Both the position numbers and the translations under genes were made by a program. From Girardia tigrina (lineage: Eukaryota): a DNA stretch of 53,626 nt. Each line of letters starts with the position of its first letter. Position 1 is the stretch's first letter. Below the pieces are notes generated by a model. It saw only the letters and a program-made list of their open reading frames with translations, had not been told where the DNA came from and searched no databases. The stretch lies in contig MQRK01185036.1 of the NCBI GenBank assembly GCA_001938485.1, forward strand, positions 8,984 to 62,609. The letters run 5' to 3'. Shown here piece after piece: positions 38,936-50,887 of this stretch.

Positions 38936-40149
38936 TAAAATATATTTTTAAATGGATGACTTTGGTTATTAAAAGAAGATTTTCATCCGAACTTCGTTTT
39001 ATCAATATAAAATATTGATCAGGGTTTACTAACCATTTAAACTTGGAAATCTTCCCCTTTTATATTAAGGCAATGTTTTATAATATTATATAATATGCCC
39101 CGGGGTCAGTTGATGCAATTGAAATTGACCTTGCAATTGAATATTCCGGTGATATCATGACATGAAATCACCGGAATTTGAAATCTAGTGATGTCATGAG
39201 ATTTGACATCATTGAAGTTCGATATTACTGAATGTGGTGAGGAATGACATCATCACACAACCCTTCTGTACCATCGTCAGTTCTGTAAGAAAGTAAATCG
39301 TTGTTCTATTTATATTCGGAACACCATTACGTCACCATATCTTACATCATAATACTCTAATATGATTGGATGAATCGCTTTGAACGTTTAAACAAGGTTA
39401 GTGATTCTTAATTAACAGTGCTTCAGTAATAATCATTTCATAGTTTCAGTCACAATTACTAATTAAAACCCGAAAATCATTCTCATTTACTCTCTTGTGA
39501 GTTCCATGACAACCGTTAATGTGATCTAAAATAGAGCTTTTCTACTTGATTGGGTATGAAAATTCAAATTGGTGTTCTTAATTGTCTCTTATCTTGGAAC
39601 ACCCTTTTTGTTACATTTGCGTGATTTGATCTAATCTCCTTGTATTCACTGTCGTCATTGTATTCATCGATTTCACTATTAAAAAACATGTTTTCGATGG
39701 TATTAACAACATCACAATTTGAATGCAAACATTTATTTACAACACAAACAGATTCTTCACAACAATTTTCATAGGTCATCTTTCTTTGATTGATATAGTT
39801 TTTTATTAAATATTCAAATATGAAAAAATCAATGAAGGAGAAATTTTAATATTACATTTTAATTTCTCATAATTTTATTGGATAAAAAGACATTATGTAA
39901 TTTTTTAAATAAACATTAATTTTTAAAATATATTAAATTTAATAAGTTAAAATCGTTTACTGAAAATATTATTAAAATTCATAATTATCAAACTTTAATT
40001 AATTAGTACTTAAAATTAATATCATTAAATTAATTTCATTAGATTCAAATAATCAATCAAATAACATATCAACCCCATCTGAGTAGCAGAGTCACAACTC
40101 TAAACAGCATACAAATAACAAACTAACAACATTCCAAATTATCCCTCAC

Positions 40150-41207
40150 AGATGGTAAGCGAAATTTCGCTGCAGCAATACACATCGTAAAGACGAAAAG
40201 CGCTCCACGTGCCTAACAACCATTGATAAACAAGCGCTTGCCGTTTCATTGAAGGGGATCCAAGCCAAATAACACTTGAACTGGCTACTGAACTGCAAAT
40301 TTCCTATATAATCATTCTTCGGAACCTTCACAAAAATTAACGTTGTGCGTTTGGTAGATGGTATCGCGACCTGTTTACTGGAAAATCCTTCCACACGGTC
40401 AAACCATCACCTCTGAAGTTTTCTGCACTCAATAAGACCGTGTTCAGCCGGCTTTGCTTGTAAGAGAGGTATCAACGCGGCTCGTGTTTGTTTTCAACAA
40501 AACAAGGCCAGTCCTCATCTTTCACGCCGGACGCGCCAAAAACTTGAAGAATTGGGTTGGGATTTTCTTAAGCACGCACCATGTAGCCCAGACGTTGTCC
40601 CATCTGATTATCATCTTTTAGGGTCACTGGAACTTCCTTCGCGGACGCCACTTCATTGAAGATGAACACGTGGAACAGGCCCTTCAACAGTTTTTCGACT
40701 AGAAAACGCCAAAGTTTTGCAGCTTGTGCAGCCTCGTTGGAGAAGAATAATCGAAATTAATGGTAATAGTTAACGGAAAAAACATTACAGGACAAAATAT
40801 CACAAATAACTTTATAGTTAGGGTTAGGGTTAGAGTTTAAAGTTTACGTTAGGATTAGGGTTAAGGTTAAGGGTTATTGTTAAAAGTTAGAGTTAGAGTT
40901 CTGTAGCGTATGAAATCTACATTTGAATTAAATTTGTTTCACATAATACGAATTTAAATATTAATCAACCATCTGGGTAGGAGAAACACAATCCAAACAT
41001 TTCTCTCAATCAACATTTAGATTTTAAATATTTGAAATATATTGCAATAATTTCATTTGTAATAATTGGCAATTGTAATATTTTGTCCTAGTGATGTATT
41101 GCCCTAGAACCAATGGTGATTACATTAATGAAAACGACTTTCGTTATTGTAAAAATTCGCTTTTAATAAAATGTTAATTTACTGAAAAACCTTTCGTTCC
41201 AACCAAA
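40150..41207 (+). mobile_element. Decayed mariner 3' half, interrupted by a MITE
   Basis: LKHAPCSPDVVPSDYHL motif; C-terminus EING|DYINE split at 40765-41111; right TIR ending at 41207. Confidence 0.8.
40765..41111. mobile_element. MITE containing degenerate (TTAGGG)n
   Basis: IR ACATTACAGGACAAAATATCACAA / TTGTAATATTTTGTCCTAGTGATGT; AATGGT duplicated on the flanks; telomere-like repeats at 40818-40900. Confidence 0.7.
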
Positions 41208-41274
41208 TACTTAATCTCAATTTTCTTCCGCAATATTTAATTATTGTTTATGCATCTGGTTTCTATGTCATGTA

Positions 41275-42864
41275 CAGGGTGGTCTAATGGTTATGCAATG
41301 TGATTTTTTTGTAGATGGAATCATCTCGCCATGACGAACATTTTGATATATAACTTGGGGAGGGGGATCGGTTTATAAATTACGCAATTAAGGTTTACGT
41401 AACTCTGAATTTTAATGCAAATGAGGTGTCATTTGAAGGATAATTTTATACTGATTACAAATATGTAATTTTTTTTAATGTGAGATACATATTTTAGAAG
41501 TTATAAGAGTTTACAAAGGTTTAAAACTTACATAATAATTAGAAAATAGGTATTTATTGTTTACAAAGGTAAGAAAAATTAATAAAGAAGATTTTCGAAG
41601 TGATTTTCACTTGAGTTGATAACATGACGCGGCCTCGTATCGAAGGGCAATGTCCTTGATTTCGCGTTCGACAGCGTTTCTCAGGTCGTCCAACGTCTTT
41701 GGCTCCATCCGAAACACCCGGTCCTTTAAATATTCCTATAGAAAATAACCGCAGGCGTTTAAATTTGGTGAATATGGTGGCCAATCGATACCTTCACTGG
41801 TATATTTCATAGAATCAAGTCCAATAATCCTGTTTCCAAAGCGCTCGCCCAATAATTCGAATATTTGAGATCTTTCATGAGATATAGCGCCATCTTGTTT
41901 TTGTTGAGACCACCAAGATAGGGGATGACCTCGTTATTTAATATATTGAAATATTTTGCGTAATAAACACCAATCATCATTTCCGCTGAAATCGCGCACC
42001 GAACTGTAAACTGAACGGGATGTAATGGCTTAATAATCGAATAATGAGGATTTTCACTTATCAAGATCCGCTAATTCTGCTTATTTGCGTAACCTTGCAG
42101 ATGTAAATGAGCTTCGTCGCTGAACCAAATCCGTTTAAAATCAACTTCTCCACATTCAGATGAGGTGATCATTTTATTCGCAAGTTCAAATCTTTTGCTG
42201 CTGGTCATTTCACTAATCGGCTGCTTGACTTGAATTTTGTATGAGAATAGACGAATATCAATTTTTAAAATTTGATGAATTGATGTTTTGCTGATGTTTA
42301 AAACTCGTAATGCTTGTCTTTCCGATGTACAAGTACTGTCTTGATAATATTCTCGAACTTTCTCAATGTGTTCCTCCGTGCTTAGAGTTTTTTCTTTAGT
42401 TTTCTTGCCTTCGTTGTCATCGAATATTGAGCCATTTGACTTGAACATTTCGAATGTCCGTAAAATTGTTGATGCGTAGATGGTATGGATGATCTCAAAT
42501 TGTTATTTTAAAGGCTTTAACTGTTTCCGAAAGATTTTCGAGCTTGTTGTAGGTCAGAACCATGAAGATACGATGATCAACTGTATATTTCGACATTTTT
42601 ATCACAGTTTAAATTAATTTAAAATAAAAATAATGCACTAGAAAATTAAAAAATGACTAAAAAAACTAATCTCACAATAAAACAAATTACATATTCGTAA
42701 TCAGCATAAAATTATCTTTCAAATGACACCTCATTTGCTCGAAATTCCGAGTTACGTAATTATGTCTTAATTGCGTAATTTGACCCTGATGCTATACGTT
42801 CATCCCCCAAGTTACATATCGAAAAGCTCGTCTTGACGAGCTGATTCCATTTCTGCAAAAAAAA
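41275..42864 (-). mobile_element. Long-TIR rosa-like Tc1/mariner, decayed; right TIR tip lost
   Basis: TA-CAGGGTGGTC start; about 200-bp IR; WFSDEAHLHLQGYANKQN and DWPPYSPNLNAC motifs. Confidence 0.9.
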
Positions 42865-42907
42865 TTTGAGTGATCATATTTCAAACTAATCAATGAATAC
42901 AAATCAG

Positions 42908-43138
42908 ATCCTATATGAATTAGCGGATAAAATGAATGCTGCCGTGGGCGCCTCTAGAGCGGCAGTAGACGCTGGATTCGTGCCGAATGACATGCAGGTT
43001 GGTCAAACGGGTAAGATAGTGGCCCCTGAGTTGTACGTGGCTGTGGGCATTAGCGGAGCAATTCAACATCTAGCTGGTATGAAGGACAGCAAGATAATCG
43101 TTGCAATCAATAAGGATCCAGAGGCACCGATATTCCAG
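42908..43138 (+). CDS. ETFA: ETFA exon 4
   Basis: [55 protein letters not shown]-binding signature. Confidence 0.98.
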
Positions 43139-43206
43139 GTTTTTTTCATCTCGTCGTAATCGATCAATTATCACGTGTATCTTTATATTCTGTCTCGCAC
43201 AAACAG

Positions 43207-43275
43207 GTGGCCGATTTCGGTCTGGTGGAAGATCTGTTCAAAGCAGTGCCGCAAATGACTAAATTGATAAAATAA
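43207..43275 (+). CDS. ETFA: ETFA exon 5 (terminal)
   Basis: aacag acceptor; VADFGLVEDLFKAVPQMTKLIK*; AATAAA at about 43292. Total 333 aa. Confidence 0.96.
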   Translation: MADFGLVEDLFKAVPQMTKLIK

Positions 43276-43712
43276 ATCCAATTGTCACTAAATAAAAACG
43301 TTTCTTAAAGTTGTCTTTTGTTTTTTTATTATTTGAAGAGACAAATTTCGATGAGTGTTTTGCCGAAGATATTTTCGTTTGATTGTTGTTATTATGAATG
43401 TCTTTCGATCAAATTCATAATTTGTTAAAATTAATTTTTGAAAGGAGTTTTTAAAATATTTTATACAATAAAATAAAAAAATTGAACACGATTTTTCAAA
43501 ATTTATTTTTGGTTTTGTAATTTGTGAGGTGGTCGAGATAATTTACATCTTGATCAAACTTAAGCCGAATTAATAAAAGAAATATGTTTTTAACAATAAA
43601 TTAAATAAAGTAATTAATTAGAAATTTTAGTAAAGTTAAAATTATAAGTTAAATTTCTAATGTGAATGATTCCGAGAAAATATATATTCGGTGTGATGGA
43701 CAAATGTAAATA

Positions 43713-43742
<30 letters not shown>

Positions 43743-43746
<4 letters not shown>

Positions 43747-44391
43747 GCCCTACCAAAAGTCACCGACCACCGGTGTGTTCGCAGTAATGAGAGATTATGA
43801 GAATTTTTAAACGAATGATATATTTACAAANNNNNNNNNNNNNNNNNNNNNNNNNNNNNNNNNNNNNNNNNNNNNNNNNNNNNNNNNNNNNNNNNNNNNN
43901 NNNNNNNNNNNNNNNNNNNNNNNNNNNNNNNNNNNNNNNNNNNNNNNNNNNNNNNNNNNNNNNNNNNNNNNNNNNNNNNNNNNNNNNNNNNNNNNNNNNN
44001 NNNNNNNNNNNNNNNNNNNNNNNNNNNNNNNNNNNNNNNNNNNNNNNNNNNNNNNNNNNNNNNNNNNNNNNNNNNNNNNNNNNNNNNNNNNNNNNNNNNN
44101 NNNNNNNNNNNNNNNNNNNNNNNNNNNNNNNNNNNNNNNNNNNNNNNNNNNNNNNNNNNNNNNNNNNNNNNNNNNNNNNNNNNNNNNNNNNNNNNNNNNN
44201 NNNNNNNNNNNNNNNNNTTCAGGAAGAGTGGCGCAATATTCCTCTGGACTTCCTAGCAAGTGTCGTCAACTCGATGCCAGATAGAGTGAAAGAGGTTATA
44301 AAATGCAAAGGACACTGTACAAAGAATTAAAAATTCTCATAATCTCTCATTACTGCGAACACACCGGTGGTCGGTGACTTTTGGTAGGGCG

Positions 44392-44394
<3 letters not shown>
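43743..44394 (+). mobile_element. Young Tc1 element in (TA)n; interior mostly gap
   Basis: About 65-bp essentially perfect TIRs; Tc1 C-terminus EEWRNIP..LASVVNSMPDRVKEVIKCKG. Confidence 0.92.
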
Positions 44395-44435
<41 letters not shown>

Positions 44436-44439
44436 GAGT

Positions 44440-44805
44440 CTTGTGAACGAAGTTTAGTATTTCGAAAATATAATTTGATTAAAGCTTTTTTTATATAATT
44501 ATTGGACATGTTTCGATGTTTACATACATCATCATCAGCAATTTTCGGATGTTTAGTAAATGAATATTGAATAGTTTGAATAATGCAATTTTAATAAATA
44601 TAATTTACTTTAAAAGGTGACGAAGAAATTAAACATTATTATTTATGAAAATATTATTGGGTAATAATAGCAAAAAATATTTTACTTAAAAATTTTAAGT
44701 ATTGAAATGACCTTACTTTGCTCATTCTGAATGTTAATTGATGGGTTGTAGTGTCTTATTAGTAGAGATTCACAAAACTGTCGTTCATAATGTGAATCAA
44801 ATAGA
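44440..44805 (-). mobile_element. Penelope-like element 3' remnant
   Basis: FDSHYERQFCESLLIRHYNPSINIQ GIY-YIG C-terminus, followed by an intact hammerhead. Confidence 0.82.
44501..44542 (-). ncRNA. Minimal type-I hammerhead ribozyme with intact catalytic core
   Basis: Minus strand: AUUG-CUGAUGA-U-GAUGU auguaa ACAUC-GAAA-CAUG-UC^-CAAU; GUC cleavage triplet; palindromic ACAUGU stem/loop III. Confidence 0.88.
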
Positions 44806-45976
44806 TTCTTCCACCTTTCAGGTAGCTTCATTATTCCTGATTCATAAAAACCTTTGCCTTTGTCAGCAAAAAAGCCGTCTAGGAACGATTTCATATCATA
44901 ATCACTGGCGAATGTTTTTTCTGTTTAAGGAATTCTGCAGTGATCTAAATAAGTGAAAATCCGATGGGGCCAAGTCTGGAGAATACGGTGGGTGCGGCAA
45001 AACCTCCCAACCCAATGATAAGACTTTCTGGCGAGTGGTCAAACTTGTATGCGGTCTTGCGTTATCATTCTGAATTACAACTCCTTTCGATTTGCCAATT
45101 CAGGACGTTCCTGTTGAATTGAATGAGCCAATTTCTCCAGCTGACCACAATATCTGTCTGAATTGATGGTTTCATTCCTCGAAAGGAGTTCAAAAAACAC
45201 AATTCATTTAAAATCCCACCAGACGGAAAGCATAACATTCTTTTGGTGAATTTCTGCTTTTAGGATCGTTTTGCCAGACTCACCACATTTTGTCCATGAT
45301 CATCAGTGTTCCACATTGTTGTAAACAATCCATTTTTCGTCACCCGTAATCAAGCGCTTCAAAAATGGATCACTTTGTTCTAACTTCAAAAAGGAATCGT
45401 AAATGTCTATACGTTTCACCAAATTAATTTCTTTCAGTTCATGTGGTAACCACATATCGAGTTTACTGACGAATCCAAGTTTCTTTAAATGACTTCTAAC
45501 ACTTGATTTTGATATTCCCAGAGTCTCTGCAACTTCTCTTGTCGTCATATGTGGATTAGATTTGATCAGTGCTGTTATTTTGTCGCCATCAACTTCAACT
45601 AGTCGACCGGAGTTTGGTGCATCTTTCAAATGAAATTTTTCAGAACGAAATTTAGAAAACCAGTATTGACACTCTCGAAGTTTTAAGGAGTCACTACCAT
45701 ATACAAAAAATATCTTCTTATGAGCTTGCACAGCGGTTTTCCCTTTGCGAAAATAATGCAAAAAAATATGACGAATATGCTCATTTTGATTTTCCATTTC
45801 GAATTGAAGGTAAAGTAATAAATTAAAACAAAATCAATTAATATTTAGTATAAACATAGTCTGAAAATTAAGGTTTCAGAATATATAATTGAATTTAAAT
45901 TTTATCACATCGTTTTATATTTTCAAGCTTTTATTAGGATGTACTCAAAAACGCAATGACTTTTTGGCCAACCCAA
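44806..45976 (-). mobile_element. Mariner (mellifera-like), 3'-truncated
   Basis: 5' TIR TA-TTGGGTTGGCCAAAAAAGT; ORF 45303-45797 with WLPHEL and TGDEKW; YSPDLAPSDFHLF downstream. Confidence 0.95.
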
Positions 45977-45978
45977 TA

Positions 45979-46715
45979 GAAACTTCTTTCCGAATAAGAA
46001 ATGTTTGAAGTTTTGGGTAAAGTAATAGATTGCCAATAATTCTTTTCTTGTAATACAGTATACAAGTTCGTGTTTGTTCATCTTGTGGGATCCATATGCA
46101 ATTACTCTTTCCCTTCCGTATTCATCCTTCTGTCCAAGTACTGGCTCGATTGTATCAAAACTGGCATCTGTATCCAGTATAAACTCCTTTTCGAAATCTG
46201 GATATGCTAGGATCGGTGTTTTTGTCATTTAATCTTTTAATGTCTGAAATGCTTCGTCACATTGCTTTGTCCATGTCAATTTTTTGTCTTTATTTTTTCC
46301 ACATAGCCCTTCCAGTATTTTTGAATATTTTACATAATTCTTTAAAAATTTTCTATAATAGTTCGTTAACCCCAAGAAACTTCTTAAATGTTTAATGCAT
46401 GAAGGATTTTGAAATTTGTCGATTACTTCAATTTTCGTTTTATCCGTCTCTATACCATCTTTGCTCACGACATATCCTAAAATTATGTCTTTTCTACCAT
46501 GAATTGACACTTTTCAGGGTTTATCCGAAGGCCCGATTCTTTATTCTTTTGAAATATGTGTTTGACTCGTCTGCACTGTTCTTCTTTGTCTTTTGCGAAG
46601 ATAAGAATATCGTCCAGGTATATAACTGCTTCTTTCCAGTTTAATTCTCCTGTCACTCTTGTCATTAGTTCTTGAAATGTCGCTGGAGCAGCTGCAATTC
46701 CGAATGGCATTTGTT
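45979..46715 (-). mobile_element. Ty3/Gypsy pol fragment (RT-RNase H)
   Basis: MPFGI..APATFQ, IYLDDILIF, LRSFLGLTNYYRKF, PILAYPDFEKEFILDTDAS and KELLAI; frameshifted. Confidence 0.95.
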
Positions 46716-47265
46716 ACGACATGAATATGATTATATAATTCGCCGAAAACCCTTCTCCAGACCCAACGTCCCGCATGCATGAAAGCCTTATTGAGAGTTT
46801 GTGGGGATAATCAAATTTGGTTTTAAATAGGCTCCGAGCGTTCTGAAACGAATGGCAGGAGAAGTACTCTTCGAACTTTGCCCCGTGTCTTTCCCAATTG
46901 AGTACAACCAGCGGAGGATCCTTCTGATAATACAATCATGTCTTCACTCCTTTCCTCCTTCCTGTCATGTAAACAGGATGACAATAGTTTTTCGAGATTG
47001 TGCATGTGACTGAAACATGCATACAGGATACCCGAGTGTGTCGGGTGAAGTATGCACAAACCATCAGATATAAATACCGATGTGTTTCCTGCCAATCTCG
47101 CACAATTTTACGCATATTTTTGGCACACAAATTACCGTTTTTGTGACTTTATTATTTTAATTTACGTATAATCGCAATTCACACAATTTCAAGAAGATTT
47201 TCCTAGTATTCATAATTTTACAGGTACGGGTTATCATTGATCGATGATTATTTATTTATGCCTAT

Positions 47266-50200
47266 TAGGGTGCATCAAACCCCCCGAAATTTTTTTTTTA
47301 GATTTACTACATGTACTTATTATAATTTTTTACAAATAGTATATAAACTTCCCATAAATTTTTTTTTGAAATTGAGTGTTGTTTAGGGGGTCCACCGTGG
47401 ACATTAAATTTTATATAATTTCGGTAATACATAAATTTTCTATTATGCTATTTTTATTACTGAATTTGGTTTTAATTTGTTTTAGATGTTTAAAAAATAT
47501 TGTTATAGTTTATTTTATTCAAATACAACTACTTGTCACACGGAAAGATCTTACTAAAATTAAATTCTGAACACAATTCATTCCAAAAAAATATATTTAA
47601 CAATATGGGGTTTGGTTAATCATGACTAATGATGTTACAAAACAATGTTTTTATTCGGTTGTATTCTTCTACATCAAGCTGCTATTTCGGGCAGCGAAAA
47701 GAGGAAGATGAGCGAGACATTAGTTCTGGTGCAATTGTTTTAGTCAAAATTGTGGACATTTCAATGCTGTCATCATCTCTAGAAGTGGGCCACTGAAAAC
47801 TAAAAAAACATAGATAGATTTATATTAGGTATGTTTAATGTTTATGTACTGAGTACTTACTTATTTTCACATATTTCTCTCATGTAACTGATCATAATTC
47901 TATCATTAACAACATGAATGACTTTTCCAAGATACCATTGATCATTAACACAATCATTGTATATAACAGCCACACAGTCTTGTGGATTCACAATTGACAG
48001 TAAAGGACATTCAGGTGCCAATTTTGCAGTTTTAGTCTTCTGGAGATGGATATCATTGCTATCCTTAACCTTATTGACCTCAAATTTTCTTCTCAAATAG
48101 GGATACTGTTTTCTGTTATCTTCCACTACTTGTAACACATTTTGGTAGTGATGCTCGCTTCTGGACGTTCCAACAAAATCACAGCTCAATTTCACTCCGC
48201 TTTCGGCAGTATCATTGACCACAGAAATTGATTGTATATTTTGAGCTGACAAATTATATGCATCTGATTTATCCCATTCATATGTATCCAATTCCATGAA
48301 AGCTGAGTCAATCTTCAGCAATTTAATTGTGAACCAAGCATCGCTTCTAACCAAATCTTCAAGATTACATGCATCAAATACATCAGGAAACTTTGGCTTG
48401 CCATATCCTGTACCAAAACGATATTTTGGTTGACAAATTTGAACATCATGGGGCTTGTTAATCAAGATTTGGTGTGCTAGATTTTAGCGTGTCTGTGCTG
48501 GTGTTTTTCTACTGAATAACGCGAGTGGTACCATTTCAGATGTCAGATACCATAGATGTCGACTGAATGCTTTGACTGCAACATTTGATATTAGTTTGTT
48601 GACGCATTCGTACTTCAAATTTTTCAAAAACATCAGATCATTCCATGGGGCATCTACAGCAGATGAGCAACTTAACCCCCAGCTGCAATATACATGAGAA
48701 ACAAAAGTTGAAAATTGTTGCAATTTCTCCATAACATGTGAATTAGTAATTGGATTTGAAGGCAGATTGAGTATTTCTTTCTGTAGCAAGCACATTTTTA
48801 TTGAATAGATAATCTTGGCCATCCAGTGTGCTTTATGCAAGGCACCGGGCTTCTTGAATGTAATTTTCTTTAATGAATCATTTTTACCCAAAAATATATT
48901 GCCCAAATCCAGTAACTCCTCATAATCATCTCTTACTTGTTTCTGCGAACATAAATTGAGCTGTTGAAAAAAATGTCTCAAGGACGACAAAAAAGTGTTG
49001 GCATCAGTATTTAGTTCACTGTAATCAGAGCATGATAAATTATTGACATCAATATTACTGTGAGGAATACTAGAAAAGAAGTGACGAAATCTAGTAAACA
49101 CAGAAATGTCTGGTGATTTGGAGGTTTCAATTTGCAAAGCACTGAACACATGGCTCAATATAACTTCACCAATATGATGACGACATCCTGACCACAATAA
49201 GGCTTTGTCAAGCTTGGTTTGTATACTGATGCAGGCTGCACTGCTGTGCCCAGAGTTTGAAGCAGTGGTGTCAAAAGTCATATTTACAATGTTTTCTGTG
49301 CAACGCCAAGAATGTAATAAGTTGACTGTAAGAGAGGATACTATGTCATTAGCTGATTGATCTGTTCCAGTTTTATATGATGGCGTTCCAAGCAGCTTTG
49401 TTTCATTTTGATTGCCAACCAGAACTGCTAATCTCTCTTCACTTTCATATTTATTGTATAAAAATGAAACTGACTTGGAATCCCAATGTACTGTTGCTAA
49501 TGATGGACATTTCCATGTTTCTTTGATATTGTCAGCCAACGTTTTAGTACTGCTTCTCCTTGATCGATCAGCAGTTGAATATGATGTGGACAACTGTGCC
49601 AAAACTCCACCTGATTCTTCTACCAATGCATTGACAAAAGCAGATTGCTGAGTGGGTGTAATTTGAAGCCTTGTTGCAATAGATACCACCTTTTCGCGTT
49701 TTAAGATATCGTGAGGTATGAAAGCATGCGTTCCAGTTCTTCTTGATCTATGGTGATGGTGAGATTGTACAGAATCATTTTGCTCCAATAATTGATCATT
49801 TTCATAACTTGTTGTTGAGGAATTGGAATCAATTTCAATGTGGTCCAGTATTTTATTACTAAAACTTTCATGTGTTGCTAAATGTTTTTTCCTTCTTTTT
49901 ATCTCTTGCTCTTTACGTTCTGTCGTTCTGTTTATTTTATCACTGAAAGTTTTATCATGTGAACCAAAANNNNNNNNNNNNNNNNNNNNNNNNNNNNNNN
50001 NNNNNNNNNNNNNNNNNNNNNNNNNNNNNNNNNNNNNNNNNNNNNATAAGCAGAATGTCTTTTCCAAGTAATTATTCATAACTTCAACTTTTTTCATCGC
50101 ATTTGGCATTTTTCTTCTTTCCATTGGAATTTCTCTCATTTTTGCATTATCTGCAACAAGTTTTAATATATTTTCAATACATTTTTTGTCTGATATCATA

Positions 50201-50887
50201 GACAAATTAGCCTTTTGGTGGAATGGAATAATTTTTTGCAACACCAAATTGCCAGACTGCCACTTTGTTTGGTTGGAATTCTCAGGGTTTTGTATGTGCC
50301 ACATTGTGCATCTTATTATCTGTCGATTCAAAGGCAACTTAGAACAACGAATCTCAGCATCATCTTCACAGATTCCACTGCCTAGTCCATAAATTTTGCT
50401 TCTTTGTCGTGTGGATGAATTGCTGTTGTTCATTAATTTCTCTATTAAAAAATACAAAAAAAGGTAATATAATATATATTATATATTTGTCAAGTTGTTA
50501 CATGCAAAAACAAAATTATTGATAAAACAGAAAGATCAAAGGGCTAAATAATGTGTGCGATTCTTTTCTGCTGCTTCAATCCAGAATTTAAATTACTTTG
50601 CTTTTTATGTCTAAGGCAGAAAATTTATATGTAGAAAAACTGTTTTAATTTGATTATGGTACACCAATACTAATTTTAGACTGTTTTAAAATTAGCCCTT
50701 AAAATATTCAATATTTTGAAAAAACGCACTTTTTTACGTTACATGTAATTCTTGACTTGTACTGTGGACCCCCTAAACAATATTTAATTTTGCTGAAATT
50801 TCACGTGAAACATTTTTACATGATTACTAAAAAAATTAGAATAGGTACAATAGAATTCTCAACTATGAGGGGGTTTGATGCACCCTA
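47266..50887 (-). mobile_element. hAT-superfamily (hATm-like) transposon, near full length
   Basis: TIR TAGGGTGCATCAAACCCCC at both ends; exact 8-bp TSD ATGCCTAT; transposase motifs HWDSK, FDTTASNSG, WSGCRHH, HLWYL and VVNDTAESGVK. Confidence 0.93.
47682..50433 (-). pseudogene. hATm-like transposase with one in-frame stop (48484-48486) and a predicted 61-nt intron (47800-47860)
   Basis: ORFs 48484-50457 and 47857-48465 share a frame; the GTAAGT...TTTAG intron joins in frame to FQWPTSRDDD. Confidence 0.8.

Larger units (their letters stand above)
37646..39004. mobile_element. Second inverted Penelope-like dimer (centre in a gap)
   Basis: Both arms match the 3' end of the 26781-29290 family. 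Candidate 11-bp TSD ATATAAAATAT (37635-37645, 39005-39015). Confidence 0.9.

Noticed and set aside
43330-43378. Hammerhead-like TTGAAGA-GACAAA...TTTGCC-GAAG-ATAT after ETFA; also GAAACATGTT at about 17305 and 37587
   Set aside because: Too many core mismatches and no stem I.
44682-44894. Mariner-GIY-YIG fusion protein
   Set aside because: Chance in-frame junction of two truncated elements; short, with no intact upstream frame.
46716-47160. Short Cys/His-rich ORFs next to the Gypsy fragment
   Set aside because: No consistent domain; part resembles a Tc1 HTH scrap, but it cannot be assigned.
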